Positions 16,112 through 25,818 of a DNA stretch of 64,000 bases are shown here, in pieces. Both the position numbers and the translations under genes were made by a program. The notes under the pieces were generated by a model. It did not search any database, was not told where the DNA came from, and saw only the letters and a program-made list of their open reading frames with translations. Position 1 is the stretch's first letter. Each line of letters opens with the position of its first letter. Source of the DNA: Pelagibacterales bacterium SAG-MED22 (GTDB taxonomy: Bacteria > Pseudomonadota > Alphaproteobacteria > Pelagibacterales > Pelagibacteraceae); NCBI GenBank assembly GCA_014653985.1, contig JACWDT010000006.1, forward strand, positions 698 to 64,697, written 5' to 3'.

Positions 16112-17566
16112 ATGAAAGTCACAGTAGAAAATAAAAAAGGTTTAAACAAAGATCTTAAAATTTTAATCGATAAAGAGACTATGGGGTCTTATATGGATGA
16201 AAAGTATGAAGAAATAAAAGGTACCGTAAATCTTAAAGGTTTTCGACCAGGAAAAGTTCCTAAAGAAGTTTTAAAAAGACAGTTTGGTAAGGCGGTATTT
16301 GGTGAAGTATTAGACAAAGTTTTAAAAGATACTTCAACAAAAGCTTTAGAAGAAAAAAAAATAAAACCAGCTGGCCAACCAAAATTAGATTTGAAAACTT
16401 ATGGTGAAGATAAAGAATTGGAATATGTGTTATCAGTTACTGAATTACCTAAAGTTGATATCAAATCCTTAGAAAATATAAAGTTTGATCAATACTCAGT
16501 TAAGATAGATGAAAGTGAAACTGAAAAAAGAATAAAAGAAATAGCAAAAAATCAACCTAATTTTAAAGACTCAAAACCTGAAACAAAAGCTAAAGAGGGG
16601 GATCTGATCACTTTAGATTACAAGGCAACAGTAGATGGTAAGGAATTCAAAGGAAATGAAGGAAAAAATACCCAATTAACTCTAGGAAAAGATTTATTTC
16701 TTAAAGGATTTGATAAGCAGTTAATTGGAGTTAAGAAAGATGATGAAAAAATAGTTGAAGCTATATTACCTGAAAATTTTCCTGAAAAAGATTTGGTAAA
16801 TAACAAAGCTAAATTTAATTGTAAAATTTTAAGTGTAAAACAACCAGAAGAAGTTAAAATTGATGATAGTTTTGCAAAAAATCTAGGCGCAAAAGATTTA
16901 AAAGATCTTAAAAACTTAATTTCTAGACAAATAAATGATGAGTTCAAAAACTCTTTAGATCAATTGTCAAAAAATCAAATTTTAAAAGAAATTGAAAAAA
17001 TTAAAGTAGAGGAAGTACCTGAAAATCTAATTGAAGAGGAAGTTAAAATACTTTCTCAAGGAATGCCTGAAGAAGAAGCCAAAAAAAATAAAAAAAATTT
17101 TGAAGAAAAAGCTAAAACAAGAATAAAAACAGGTTTAATTTTAAATGAATTTGGCGAGAAAAATCAAATTAAAGTTAGCGAGGTAGAAATTCAAAATGAG
17201 GTTCAGAAACAGCTGAGGATGATGCCAGGACAAGAAAAAATGGTAATGGATTTTTATCAAAAAAATCCTTCTGCAGTCGCCAGTTTAAGGGGAACAGTAT
17301 ATGAGGAAAAAATTTTAAATTTGATTAAAGAAAAAGGCAAAGCTAATAAAAAAGAAATATCAAAATCTGAAGCAGAAAAAATTTTAAAAGAAGCTCACCA
17401 ACATGACCACGATCACAACCACAATCATGATCACGATCATGGTGATGAAATAAAAGATAAAAAGAAAAAAACTGATGTAAAAACTGCTAAAGAAAAAAAA
17501 CCTTCAACAAAAACAATAAAATCAAAGCCAGCACCAAAAAAAGCAAAAAAAGTTAGCAAAAAGTAA
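16112..17566 (+). CDS. tig: Trigger factor with His-rich and Lys-rich C-terminal extension
   Basis: GFRPGKVP ribosome-binding motif, FKBP domain, canonical tRNA-Leu-tig-clpP-clpX-lon order. Confidence 0.97.
   Translation: MKVTVENKKGLNKDLKILIDKETMGSYMDEKYEEIKGTVNLKGFRPGKVPKEVLKRQFGKAVFGEVLDKVLKDTSTKALEEKKIKPAGQPKLDLKTYGEDKELEYVLSVTELPKVDIKSLENIKFDQYSVKIDESETEKRIKEIAKNQPNFKDSKPETKAKEGDLITLDYKATVDGKEFKGNEGKNTQLTLGKDLFLKGFDKQLIGVKKDDEKIVEAILPENFPEKDLVNNKAKFNCKILSVKQPEEVKIDDSFAKNLGAKDLKDLKNLISRQINDEFKNSLDQLSKNQILKEIEKIKVEEVPENLIEEEVKILSQGMPEEEAKKNKKNFEEKAKTRIKTGLILNEFGEKNQIKVSEVEIQNEVQKQLRMMPGQEKMVMDFYQKNPSAVASLRGTVYEEKILNLIKEKGKANKKEISKSEAEKILKEAHQHDHDHNHNHDHDHGDEIKDKKKKTDVKTAKEKKPSTKTIKSKPAPKKAKKVSKK
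17396..17440 (+). repeat. (His-X)8 low-complexity tract in tig
   Basis: cac caa cat gac cac gat cac aac cac aat cat gat cac gat cat = HQHDHDHNHNHDHDH, 6-nt periodic. Confidence 0.95.
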
Positions 17567-17599
17567 TCTCAAGTTGTATAAAAGAAGTCGAATCAATTT

Positions 17600-18211
17600 A
17601 TGACAATAAATTTATCTGAACATATGAGTAACCTAGTGCCTATGGTGGTGGAGCAATCTAGTAAAGGTGAAAGAGCTTATGATATTTACTCACGATTATT
17701 AAAAGAGAGAATAATTTTTTTAACCGGTCAGATTAATGACAATGTGGCTTCACTTGTTACAGCTCAGTTATTATTTTTAGAAGCAGAGGATCCTAAAAAA
17801 GAAATTTATTTATATGTCAATAGTCCTGGTGGATTAGTAACTGCTGGGCTTGGTATTTATGATACTATGCAATATGTAAAACCTGACATCTCAACTTTAT
17901 GTATTGGACAAGCTGCATCGATGGGGTCATTTTTATTAGCAGCTGGAACTAAAGGAAAAAGATTTTCTTTACCAAATTCAAGGATAATGGTTCACCAACC
18001 ATCTGCTGGTTTTCAAGGTCAAGCAACTGATATAGAGATTCATGCAAATGAAGTTTTATCATTGAAAAAAAGATTAAATGAAATTTATTCAAAACATACA
18101 GGCAAGAGTGTTGATGAAGTGAAATCTGCGCTTGAAAGAGACAATTTCATGACTGCTGATGTTGCAAAGTCATTTGGTCTTATTGACGAAGTTGTAGAAA
18201 AAAGATCTTAA
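17600..18211 (+). CDS. clpP: ATP-dependent Clp protease proteolytic subunit
   Basis: [22 protein letters not shown] (Ser), RIMVHQPS (His). An alternative start exists at 17624. Confidence 0.98.
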   Translation: MTINLSEHMSNLVPMVVEQSSKGERAYDIYSRLLKERIIFLTGQINDNVASLVTAQLLFLEAEDPKKEIYLYVNSPGGLVTAGLGIYDTMQYVKPDISTLCIGQAASMGSFLLAAGTKGKRFSLPNSRIMVHQPSAGFQGQATDIEIHANEVLSLKKRLNEIYSKHTGKSVDEVKSALERDNFMTADVAKSFGLIDEVVEKRS

Positions 18212-18299
18212 TACACCATATATTGATTTAGAATATTCCAAACTTGATTAGTAGGAGTCTTCTATAATAAAGTATTACAATTGATTCGTTTAAAAATTT

Positions 18300-19568
18300 A
18301 TGACTACAAATAATAAAAATATTCTTTACTGTTCTTTCTGTGGAAAGAGTCAACATGAAGTAAGAAAATTGATTGCTGGCCCAACTGTATTTATTTGTGA
18401 TGAGTGCGTTGAGCTATGTATGGATATTATTAAAGAAGAAAGTAAAGACACTTTTGTTAAACATCAAGATGGTCTTCCTTCTCCAAAAGAAATTTGTACA
18501 GTTTTAGATGATTATGTAATTGGACAAGCTCATGCAAAAAAAGTTTTGTCGGTTGCGGTTCACAATCATTACAAAAGATTAAATTATGAGAGCAAAACAA
18601 GTAAAAACGTTGAGCTCTCCAAATCTAATATACTTTTAGTTGGTCCTACAGGCTGTGGTAAAACTTTATTAGCACAAACTTTGGCAAGAATTTTAGATGT
18701 TCCGTTTACGATGGCTGATGCAACCACATTAACCGAAGCAGGGTATGTTGGTGAGGATGTAGAAAATATTATTTTAAAATTATTACAAGCCTCAGATTAC
18801 AATGTAGAAAAAGCTCAAAGAGGAATTGTATATATCGATGAAGTTGACAAAATAAGCAGAAAATCTGAAAATCCTTCGATCACAAGAGATGTCTCGGGTG
18901 AAGGTGTGCAACAAGCTTTACTGAAAATAATGGAAGGTACTGTTGCCAGTGTACCTCCACAGGGTGGAAGAAAACATCCACAACAAGAATTTTTACAAGT
19001 TGATACAACAAATATATTGTTTATTTGTGGTGGTGCTTTTGCTGGATTAGACAAAATAATTTCTCAAAGAGACAAAGGAACCTCAATTGGATTTGGTGCT
19101 GATGTAAAAAATACTCAAGATAAGAAAACCGGTGAGTGGATGAAAGGACTTGAGCCTGAGGATCTATTAAAATTTGGATTAATCCCTGAATTCATTGGCA
19201 GACTACCCATGATTGCTACACTCGAAGATCTAGATGAAAAATCTTTAATAAAAATATTACAAGAACCAAAAAATTCTTTAACAAAACAATATCAAGAATT
19301 ATTTAAATTAGATGGAGCTAAATTAATTTTTAAAGAAAATGCTCTAAAAGAAATAGCTCAAAAAGCTATAAAGAAAAAAACAGGTGCGAGAGGATTAAGA
19401 TCCATCTTGGAAAATATTTTGTTAAAAACTATGTACGACTTACCAAGCCGAGAGGATATTGATGAAGTAATTGTTGATGCAAGTGCAGCAAAAGGTCAAT
19501 CCCAACCTATTTTGGTTCATTCAAAAGGTGACAATAAATCAAAGTCTAATAAGACTACAGCGGCTTAA
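18300..19568 (+). CDS. clpX: ClpX ATPase
   Basis: CSFCGK Zn finger, [11 protein letters not shown] loop, [13 protein letters not shown]. Confidence 0.99.
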   Translation: MTTNNKNILYCSFCGKSQHEVRKLIAGPTVFICDECVELCMDIIKEESKDTFVKHQDGLPSPKEICTVLDDYVIGQAHAKKVLSVAVHNHYKRLNYESKTSKNVELSKSNILLVGPTGCGKTLLAQTLARILDVPFTMADATTLTEAGYVGEDVENIILKLLQASDYNVEKAQRGIVYIDEVDKISRKSENPSITRDVSGEGVQQALLKIMEGTVASVPPQGGRKHPQQEFLQVDTTNILFICGGAFAGLDKIISQRDKGTSIGFGADVKNTQDKKTGEWMKGLEPEDLLKFGLIPEFIGRLPMIATLEDLDEKSLIKILQEPKNSLTKQYQELFKLDGAKLIFKENALKEIAQKAIKKKTGARGLRSILENILLKTMYDLPSREDIDEVIVDASAAKGQSQPILVHSKGDNKSKSNKTTAA

Positions 19569-19594
19569 TATCCTTAATAACTAGCAAAAACCTA

Positions 19595-19621
19595 TTGCAA
19601 AATAAAATATAATATCCATAT
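19595..19621 (+). promoter_or_regulatory. Candidate RpoH (sigma32)-type promoter of lon, probably leaderless
   Basis: TTGCAA(19595-600)-N15-CCATAT(19616-21), 7 nt before ATG 19629. No SD sequence. Confidence 0.5.
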
Positions 19622-19628
19622 TAGCAAT

Positions 19629-22007
19629 ATGGATGTTAAAATCTCACTGCCGTTACTTCCCTTAAGAGATATTGTAGTTTTTCCAAGCATGGTTATTCCA
19701 TTATTTGTAGGAAGAGATAAATCAATTTCTGCATTAAACGAAGTAATGAAGAAAGACAAAAAAATCATACTGGTAACTCAAAAAAATTCTGAAATTGATG
19801 ATCCAAGTAAAACTGATGTTTTTATGTATGGATGTGAAGGAAATATTTTACAATTATTAAAATTACCAGATGGTACTGTTAAGGTTTTAGTAGAAGGAAT
19901 AAAAAGAGTTAAAATTTTAGATTTTAAAGATAATGAAAAATTTATTACTTGTGACTATACTTATTTTAACGATGTCCTCTCTAAGGATGAAGACTTGTTT
20001 CCATTAGCAGCAACCGCTTTAAGAAGACTAGAAAAGTTAACATCTATTAATAAAAAAATTTCTAACGAAACAATAAATACAATTAAGCAACTAAAAGACC
20101 CATCTCAAATTGCAGACAATATTGCATCACATATAGCGGCTTCGATTTCTGAAAAACAACAAATTTTTGAAACCAATGATGTTAAAAAACGATTAAACGC
20201 CATAATTAAAATTATGGAAAATGAAACTAGTATAATTGGTGTTGAAAAAAGAATTAGAGGAAGAGTTAAAACTCAAATGGAAAAAACTCAACGTGAATAC
20301 TATCTAAATGAACAACTGAAAGCAATTCAAAAAGAACTTGGTGAAATTGAAGATGGGAAAGATGAAACTACAAGCATAAACAAAGCAATCACTAAAGCTA
20401 AGATGCCAAAAGATGTAGAAAAAAAATGTCTTCAGGAATTAAAAAAATTAAAAAATATGAGCCCAATGTCAGCTGAAGCTACTGTAGTAAGAAATTATTT
20501 AGATTGGATGACAGAACTTCCATGGCATAAAAAAAGTGAAGTTGATATTGATTTGGCGAAGGCACAAAATACTTTAGACAAGGACCATTTTGGCTTAGAA
20601 AAAATTAAAGAGAGAATAGTAGAGTTCCTTGCAGTTCAAAAAAGAATGGAAAAAATTAAAGGACCAATTTTATGTTTAGTTGGGCCGCCGGGTGTTGGTA
20701 AAACTTCATTAGGAAAGTCAATTGCTAAAGCAACTAATCGAGAATTCGTGAGAATGTCAGTTGGAGGCATGAGAGATGAAGCTGAAATCAGAGGTCATAG
20801 AAGAACTTATATAGGCTCACTACCAGGCAAAATTATTCAGATGATGAAAAAAGCTGGAACAAAAAATCCATTAATTTTATTAGATGAAATTGATAAAATA
20901 GGAAATGATTATAGAGGAGATCCCTCTTCTGCTTTATTGGAAGCTTTAGATCCTGAACAAAACACAACCTTTAATGACCATTATTTAGAAGTAGATTATG
21001 ATCTTTCAGATGTAATGTTCGTTACAACTGCAAATACATTAAATATTCTTCCGCCATTATTAGATAGAATGGAAGTCATTAGACTAGCTGGTTATACAGA
21101 GGATGAAAAAATAAATATTGCTAACAAATATTTGTTACCCAAACAAATTAAAGATAACGGTGTTAAAGATAAAGAAATGAATTTAAGTGATGACATTATT
21201 AAAGAAGTAATAAGAGGTTACACTAAAGAGTCTGGAGTAAGAAATCTAGAAAGAGAAATTTCGAAAATAGCACGAAAAGTCGTTAAGAAAATTGTTGCTG
21301 GAGAAGAAAAGGAAGTTAATGTTAATAATAAAAATTTGTCTGATTTTCTTGGAGTTCCAAAATTTAACTTTGGCGAACTAGAGACTGATGATAAAGTTGG
21401 TATTGTTGTTGGACTTGCTTGGACAGAGTATGGTGGGGAGATACTTAAAATTGAAACAGTAACTATGCCTGGTAAAGGTAGAATGCAAATTACAGGTAAG
21501 CTTGGTGATGTAATGCAAGAGTCTGTTAAAGCTGCAAAATCTTTTGTTAGATCTAAATGTCTTGAATATGGGATTATTCCTCCATTATTTGAAAAGAAAG
21601 ACTTTCATATTCATGTTCCTGAAGGTGCCACTCCTAAAGATGGTCCATCAGCGGGTGTAGGAATGGTTACTTCAATTGTATCTTCAATTACAAATATTCC
21701 AGTAAGAAAAGACTTGGCAATGACTGGAGAAGTTACTTTAACAGGTCAGGTTTTACAAATTGGTGGATTAAAAGAAAAATTATTAGCAGCACATAGAGCT
21801 GGAATTAAAGAGGTTTTAATACCAAAAGAAAATGAAAAAGATCTTGTGGATATGCCAAAAAAAATAATGGATGATATTAAAATCACTCCAGTAGAACATG
21901 CAGATCAAGTAATTAAAATAGCTTTAACAAAAGAATTGAAACCCACTGAATGGGTTGAAGTAGACATAACTAAAAAAGACGATAAATCACAAGCTAGTAT
22001 TCAGTAA
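19629..22007 (+). CDS. lon: Lon protease
   Basis: PLLPLRDIVVFP, GPPGVGKT, KDGPSAG (Ser), GGLKEK (Lys). Confidence 0.99.
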   Translation: MDVKISLPLLPLRDIVVFPSMVIPLFVGRDKSISALNEVMKKDKKIILVTQKNSEIDDPSKTDVFMYGCEGNILQLLKLPDGTVKVLVEGIKRVKILDFKDNEKFITCDYTYFNDVLSKDEDLFPLAATALRRLEKLTSINKKISNETINTIKQLKDPSQIADNIASHIAASISEKQQIFETNDVKKRLNAIIKIMENETSIIGVEKRIRGRVKTQMEKTQREYYLNEQLKAIQKELGEIEDGKDETTSINKAITKAKMPKDVEKKCLQELKKLKNMSPMSAEATVVRNYLDWMTELPWHKKSEVDIDLAKAQNTLDKDHFGLEKIKERIVEFLAVQKRMEKIKGPILCLVGPPGVGKTSLGKSIAKATNREFVRMSVGGMRDEAEIRGHRRTYIGSLPGKIIQMMKKAGTKNPLILLDEIDKIGNDYRGDPSSALLEALDPEQNTTFNDHYLEVDYDLSDVMFVTTANTLNILPPLLDRMEVIRLAGYTEDEKINIANKYLLPKQIKDNGVKDKEMNLSDDIIKEVIRGYTKESGVRNLEREISKIARKVVKKIVAGEEKEVNVNNKNLSDFLGVPKFNFGELETDDKVGIVVGLAWTEYGGEILKIETVTMPGKGRMQITGKLGDVMQESVKAAKSFVRSKCLEYGIIPPLFEKKDFHIHVPEGATPKDGPSAGVGMVTSIVSSITNIPVRKDLAMTGEVTLTGQVLQIGGLKEKLLAAHRAGIKEVLIPKENEKDLVDMPKKIMDDIKITPVEHADQVIKIALTKELKPTEWVEVDITKKDDKSQASIQ

Positions 22008-22024
22008 TAATCAAACTCTTTAAA

Positions 22025-22144
22025 ATGGAATTAATATTAGGTTTTTTGGTATTTATATTTTTAGCTATTTATTTATTAAGACCTATTTCCAAACAAGAGA
22101 AAGATAACTTTGAAAATAAGTCAAATTGGAGGGGTGGATTTTAA
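22025..22144 (+). CDS. Small single-pass membrane protein (39 aa), unannotated
   Basis: Manual translation MELILGFLVFIFLAIYLLRPISKQEKDNFENKSNWRGGF. ATG 17 nt after the lon stop. One TM segment followed by a polar tail. Confidence 0.55.
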   Translation: MELILGFLVFIFLAIYLLRPISKQEKDNFENKSNWRGGF

Positions 22145-22177
22145 TAATTTACCTCTATTTTTTAGTATTAATAAATC

Positions 22178-22205
22178 TTGACGTTATTATTGTAGAAGAT
22201 ATAAA
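22178..22205 (+). promoter_or_regulatory. sigma70 promoter for tRNA-Val/tRNA-Asp
   Basis: TTGACG(22178-83)-N16-TATAAA(22200-05). Confidence 0.65.
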
Positions 22206-22225
22206 TCACGATACTTTTGGGTTAT

Positions 22226-22301
22226 GGGCGGTTAGCTCAGTTGGTAGAGCATCTCGTTTACACCGAGGGGGTCATAGGTTCGAGTCCTATACTGCCCACC
22301 A
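22226..22301 (+). tRNA. tRNA-Val(TAC)
   Basis: GGGCGGT/ACTGCCC acceptor, TCTCG-TTTACAC-CGAGG anticodon arm, encoded CCA, 76 nt. Confidence 0.98.
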
Positions 22302-22312
22302 AAAGTCAAAGT

Positions 22313-22389
22313 GGGGGTGTAGCTCAGTTGGTTAGAGCGATCGCCTGTCACGCGATAGGTCGAGGGTTCGAGTCCCTTCACTCCCGCCA
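22313..22389 (+). tRNA. tRNA-Asp(GTC)
   Basis: GGGGGTG/CACTCCC acceptor, ATCGC-CTGTCAC-GCGAT anticodon arm, encoded CCA, 77 nt. Confidence 0.98.
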
Positions 22390-22513
22390 CTTTTTTTCAT
22401 AAAATTTCTGCAAATTCATAAAACATTGATATTGTTGGCTTAATTTGGCTACTCCTCATAAACAATTGAAATTGTTATGTTTTTTTTTATTGAAAAATGT
22501 GACGTATCAGCGC

Positions 22514-22541
22514 TTCACGAACAATTAAAAAATGATATATA
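22514..22541 (+). promoter_or_regulatory. Candidate extended -10 promoter of the nuo operon, probably leaderless
   Basis: TTCACG(22514-19)-N16-TATATA(22536-41), preceded by TG-n, 7 nt before the nuoA ATG. No SD. Confidence 0.45.
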
Positions 22542-22548
22542 GACCTCA

Positions 22549-22917
22549 ATGTTATCTGATTTTTTACAAAACTACTTACCTATAATAATTTTTTTAGTTC
22601 TAGCATTAGGACTAAGTTGTGCTTTTGTGGTAATTAATTTTATTCTTTCACCCAAAAGACCTGATCCTGAAAAGCTTTCTGCTTATGAATGTGGATTTGA
22701 ACCATTTGAAGATTCAAGGATGGAGTTTGATGTAAGATTTTATTTGGTAGCAATATTATTTATTATTTTTGATTTAGAAATTGCTTTCCTTTTTCCATGG
22801 GCAATCTCTTTAGGCAATATTGGTTTATTAGGTTTTTCATCAATGATGATTTTTCTATTCATACTTACAATTGGTTTTATTTATGAGTGGAAAAAGGGCG
22901 CTTTAGACTGGGAATAA
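22549..22917 (+). CDS. nuoA: NADH-quinone oxidoreductase subunit A
   Basis: [34 protein letters not shown]. Confidence 0.98.
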   Translation: MLSDFLQNYLPIIIFLVLALGLSCAFVVINFILSPKRPDPEKLSAYECGFEPFEDSRMEFDVRFYLVAILFIIFDLEIAFLFPWAISLGNIGLLGFSSMMIFLFILTIGFIYEWKKGALDWE

Positions 22918-22930
22918 AAATAAAAATATT

Positions 22931-23446
22931 ATGAATAATAAAATAGACCAGGTACCTGATGAATTTAAACAACTAGCAGACGATTTTAGCAAGAATGGAT
23001 TTATTACAACCTCACTAGATAATTTAATTAATTGGTCAAGAGCAGGATCATTACATTGGATGACATTTGGTTTAGCCTGTTGTGCTGTTGAAATGATGCA
23101 AACATCGATGCCAAGATACGATCTTGAAAGATTTGGTGCTGCACCAAGAGCTTCCCCAAGACAATCAGACGTTATGATAGTAGCAGGCACTTTAACTAAT
23201 AAAATGGCACCTGCTTTAAGAAAAGTTTACGACCAAATGCCAGAACCAAGATACGTTATCTCTATGGGAAGTTGTGCAAATGGTGGTGGGTATTATCATT
23301 ATTCATATTCTGTAGTGAGAGGCTGCGATAGAATAGTTCCAGTTGACATTTATGTCCCCGGATGTCCTCCATCAGCAGAAGCATTACTTTATGGAATATT
23401 ACAACTTCAAAAAAAAATTAGAAACAAGGGCTCTATAACGAGATAG
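22931..23446 (+). CDS. nuoB: NADH-quinone oxidoreductase subunit B
   Basis: [20 protein letters not shown]. Confidence 0.98.
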   Translation: MNNKIDQVPDEFKQLADDFSKNGFITTSLDNLINWSRAGSLHWMTFGLACCAVEMMQTSMPRYDLERFGAAPRASPRQSDVMIVAGTLTNKMAPALRKVYDQMPEPRYVISMGSCANGGGYYHYSYSVVRGCDRIVPVDIYVPGCPPSAEALLYGILQLQKKIRNKGSITR

Positions 23447-23448
23447 TT

Positions 23449-24054
23449 ATGAAAAATTTGATTGATCTAGAAAAAAAAATTAATTCAGAATTAACAACCA
23501 AAATTAATAGAACTGAAATTAAACATAATCAGATTTATCTTGAAACGGACAAAGATGATCTTATTGATGTTGTTTTGTTTTTAAAAACAAACAATGACAC
23601 TAAATTCAGACAACTTATTGATATAACAGTTACTGACTATCCTGAAAAAAATCAAAGATTTGAAGTAGTATATTTATTTTTAAGCCATGAATTTAATCAA
23701 AGATTAATTTTAAAATATACAATTGCAGAAAATGAAATCATACCATCCATAACTAGTATTTTTCCAGGAGCTAACTGGATGGAAAGAGAAGTCTTTGATA
23801 TGTATGGTGTTTCTTTTAAAGATCATCCAGATTTAAGAAGAATACTAACTGATTATGGCTTTGAAGGACATCCACTTAGAAAAGATTTTCCTTTAACAGG
23901 ACATACAGAGGTTAGATACAGTGAAGATCAAAAAAAAGTAATAAGCGAACCAGTCAAACTTGAACAAAACTACAGAAATTTTGATTACGAAAGCCCATGG
24001 GAAGGCACCAAATATATTAAAGAAGAATTGGACAATAATGACAAAAAAAATTAA
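23449..24054 (+). CDS. nuoC: NADH-quinone oxidoreductase subunit C
   Basis: [21 protein letters not shown]. Confidence 0.98.
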   Translation: MKNLIDLEKKINSELTTKINRTEIKHNQIYLETDKDDLIDVVLFLKTNNDTKFRQLIDITVTDYPEKNQRFEVVYLFLSHEFNQRLILKYTIAENEIIPSITSIFPGANWMEREVFDMYGVSFKDHPDLRRILTDYGFEGHPLRKDFPLTGHTEVRYSEDQKKVISEPVKLEQNYRNFDYESPWEGTKYIKEELDNNDKKN

Positions 24055-25213
24055 AAACCTTAATTTAAACTTTGGTCCTCAACACCCAGCTGCTCATGGT
24101 GTGTTAAGATTAATTTTAGAATTAGATGGTGAAGTAGTTGAGAAAGCTGATCCCCATATTGGATTATTGCACAGAGGCACAGAAAAACTACTTGAAAACA
24201 AAACTTATATGCAAGCAGTTCCTTACTTTGATCGTCTAGATTATGTTGCTCCAATGAACCAAGAACATGCCTTTGCTTTAGCAACTGAAAAAATACTGGA
24301 AATAGATGTTCCAATTAGAGCCCAATACATAAGAGTTATATTTTGTGAGATAGGAAGAATTTTAAGTCATATATTAAATGTCACTACACAAGCTATGGAT
24401 GTTGGTGCTCTGACTCCTACATTGTGGGGATTTGAGGAAAGAGAAAAGCTAATGGGTTTTTATGAGAGAGTTTCTGGTTCACGACTTCATGCAAATTATT
24501 TCAGAGCAGGTGGCGTTCATCAAGATTTACCTCAAGGCTTGGAAGAAGATATAGCCGAATTTTGTGAAACATTTCCAAAAATAATTAATGATTTGGAAAG
24601 TTTATTAACCGATAATAGAATTTTTAAACAACGAAATGTAGATATAGGAGTTGTTACCAAACAGGATGCTTTAGATTATTCTTTTTCTGGCGTAATGATT
24701 AGAGGATCAGGCGTTCCATGGGATTTAAGAAAATCTCAACCTTATGATTGTTATGAACAATTAGATTTTAAAATTCCAGTTGGGAAAAATGGAGATTGTT
24801 ATGACAGGTACTTATGCAGAATAGAAGAAATGAAAGAAAGTGTATCTATTATTAAGCAGTGTCTTTCTAAAATGGAAAAAGGTCCAATAAAATCTTTAGA
24901 CGGTAAGATAAGCCCACCTTCAAAAAAAGAGATTAAACAATCAATGGAAGCACTTATTCATCATTTTAAACTTTTTACAGAGGGTTATAGAGTTCCTAGA
25001 GATGAGATCTATACAGCGGTAGAGGCTCCAAAAGGAGAATTTGGTGTTTATTTGATTTCAGATGGATCAAATAAACCATATAAATGTAAAATTAGAGCTC
25101 CTGGATTTTCTCATTTACAATCAATGGACTATTTAATTAAAGGACATATGCTAGCCGATGTGCCTGCAGTATTAGGTTCATTAGATATAGTTTTTGGTGA
25201 GGTGGACAGATGA
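24038..25213 (+). CDS. nuoD: NADH-quinone oxidoreductase subunit D (start corrected to ATG 24038)
   Basis: [32 protein letters not shown]. Confidence 0.98.
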   Translation: MTKKIKNLNLNFGPQHPAAHGVLRLILELDGEVVEKADPHIGLLHRGTEKLLENKTYMQAVPYFDRLDYVAPMNQEHAFALATEKILEIDVPIRAQYIRVIFCEIGRILSHILNVTTQAMDVGALTPTLWGFEEREKLMGFYERVSGSRLHANYFRAGGVHQDLPQGLEEDIAEFCETFPKIINDLESLLTDNRIFKQRNVDIGVVTKQDALDYSFSGVMIRGSGVPWDLRKSQPYDCYEQLDFKIPVGKNGDCYDRYLCRIEEMKESVSIIKQCLSKMEKGPIKSLDGKISPPSKKEIKQSMEALIHHFKLFTEGYRVPRDEIYTAVEAPKGEFGVYLISDGSNKPYKCKIRAPGFSHLQSMDYLIKGHMLADVPAVLGSLDIVFGEVDR

Positions 25214-25818
25214 GTTTAAGAAGACCTGCAAAAAATCAACCTGAAACTTTTGAGTTCAGTTCTTCCTCGATGGAAGAAGCAGACAAAATAGTTTTAAAAT
25301 ATCCTGAAGGTAAACAGCAAAGTGCTGTAATGGCTTTATTATATATTGCTCAAAAACAGAATGATAACTGGATACCATTGGCTGCTATGAAATATATCGC
25401 GAAGTTTTTAGATATGCCTTATATAAAAGTTTACGAGGTAGCAACTTTTTACACCATGTACAACTTATCCCCAGTAGGAAAGTATTTTGTACAGGTTTGT
25501 ACCACTACTCCTTGCATGATTAGAGGAGCAAATAAATTAGTTGAAGCTTGTAAGGAAAAAATTTCAGATAAAGAAAATGAATTATCAAATGATAAAAGTT
25601 GTTCTTGGATGGAAGTAGAATGTTTAGGAGCATGTGTTAATGCTCCCATGATGCAAATTAATGATAACTATTATGAAGATTTAGATAAAGAAAAAACAAT
25701 AGAAATATTTGATAAAATCTTAAAAGGTGAAGACCCAAAACCAGGATCATATCGAGGACGATTAAATACTGAACCTGAAAATAACAGAAAAACACTTATG
25801 GATATAAAAAATGCTTAA
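25210..25818 (+). CDS. nuoE: NADH-quinone oxidoreductase subunit E
   Basis: [18 protein letters not shown] (2Fe-2S). Confidence 0.98.
   Translation: MSLRRPAKNQPETFEFSSSSMEEADKIVLKYPEGKQQSAVMALLYIAQKQNDNWIPLAAMKYIAKFLDMPYIKVYEVATFYTMYNLSPVGKYFVQVCTTTPCMIRGANKLVEACKEKISDKENELSNDKSCSWMEVECLGACVNAPMMQINDNYYEDLDKEKTIEIFDKILKGEDPKPGSYRGRLNTEPENNRKTLMDIKNA

Noticed and set aside
17396-17440. Short periodic repeat considered as a CRISPR or VNTR element
   Set aside because: It is in-frame His-X codons inside tig, with no spacers and no cas genes.
18243-18270. Possible RpoH promoter CTTGAT...CTATAA upstream of clpX
   Set aside because: The spacer (about 12-13 nt) is too short for the alphaproteobacterial RpoH or sigma70 consensus, so it is not supportable.
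16017-22389. tRNA genes as possible island or prophage integration sites
   Set aside because: No duplicated tRNA 3' ends, integrase or foreign genes were seen next to them; the flanks are core genes.
22126-22402. ORF-track ORFs 22126..22335 and 22217..22402
   Set aside because: They run through tRNA-Val and tRNA-Asp and are artefacts of GC-rich tRNA sequence.
22397-22459. 20-aa minus-strand ORF MRSSQIKPTISMFYEFAEIL between tRNA-Asp and nuoA
   Set aside because: It is too short, has no RBS or compositional support, and lies in the probable nuo promoter region.
23960-24037. N-terminal extension of nuoD in the ORF track
   Set aside because: It overlaps nuoC by about 95 nt. Homology begins at ATG 24038 ([17 protein letters not shown]).
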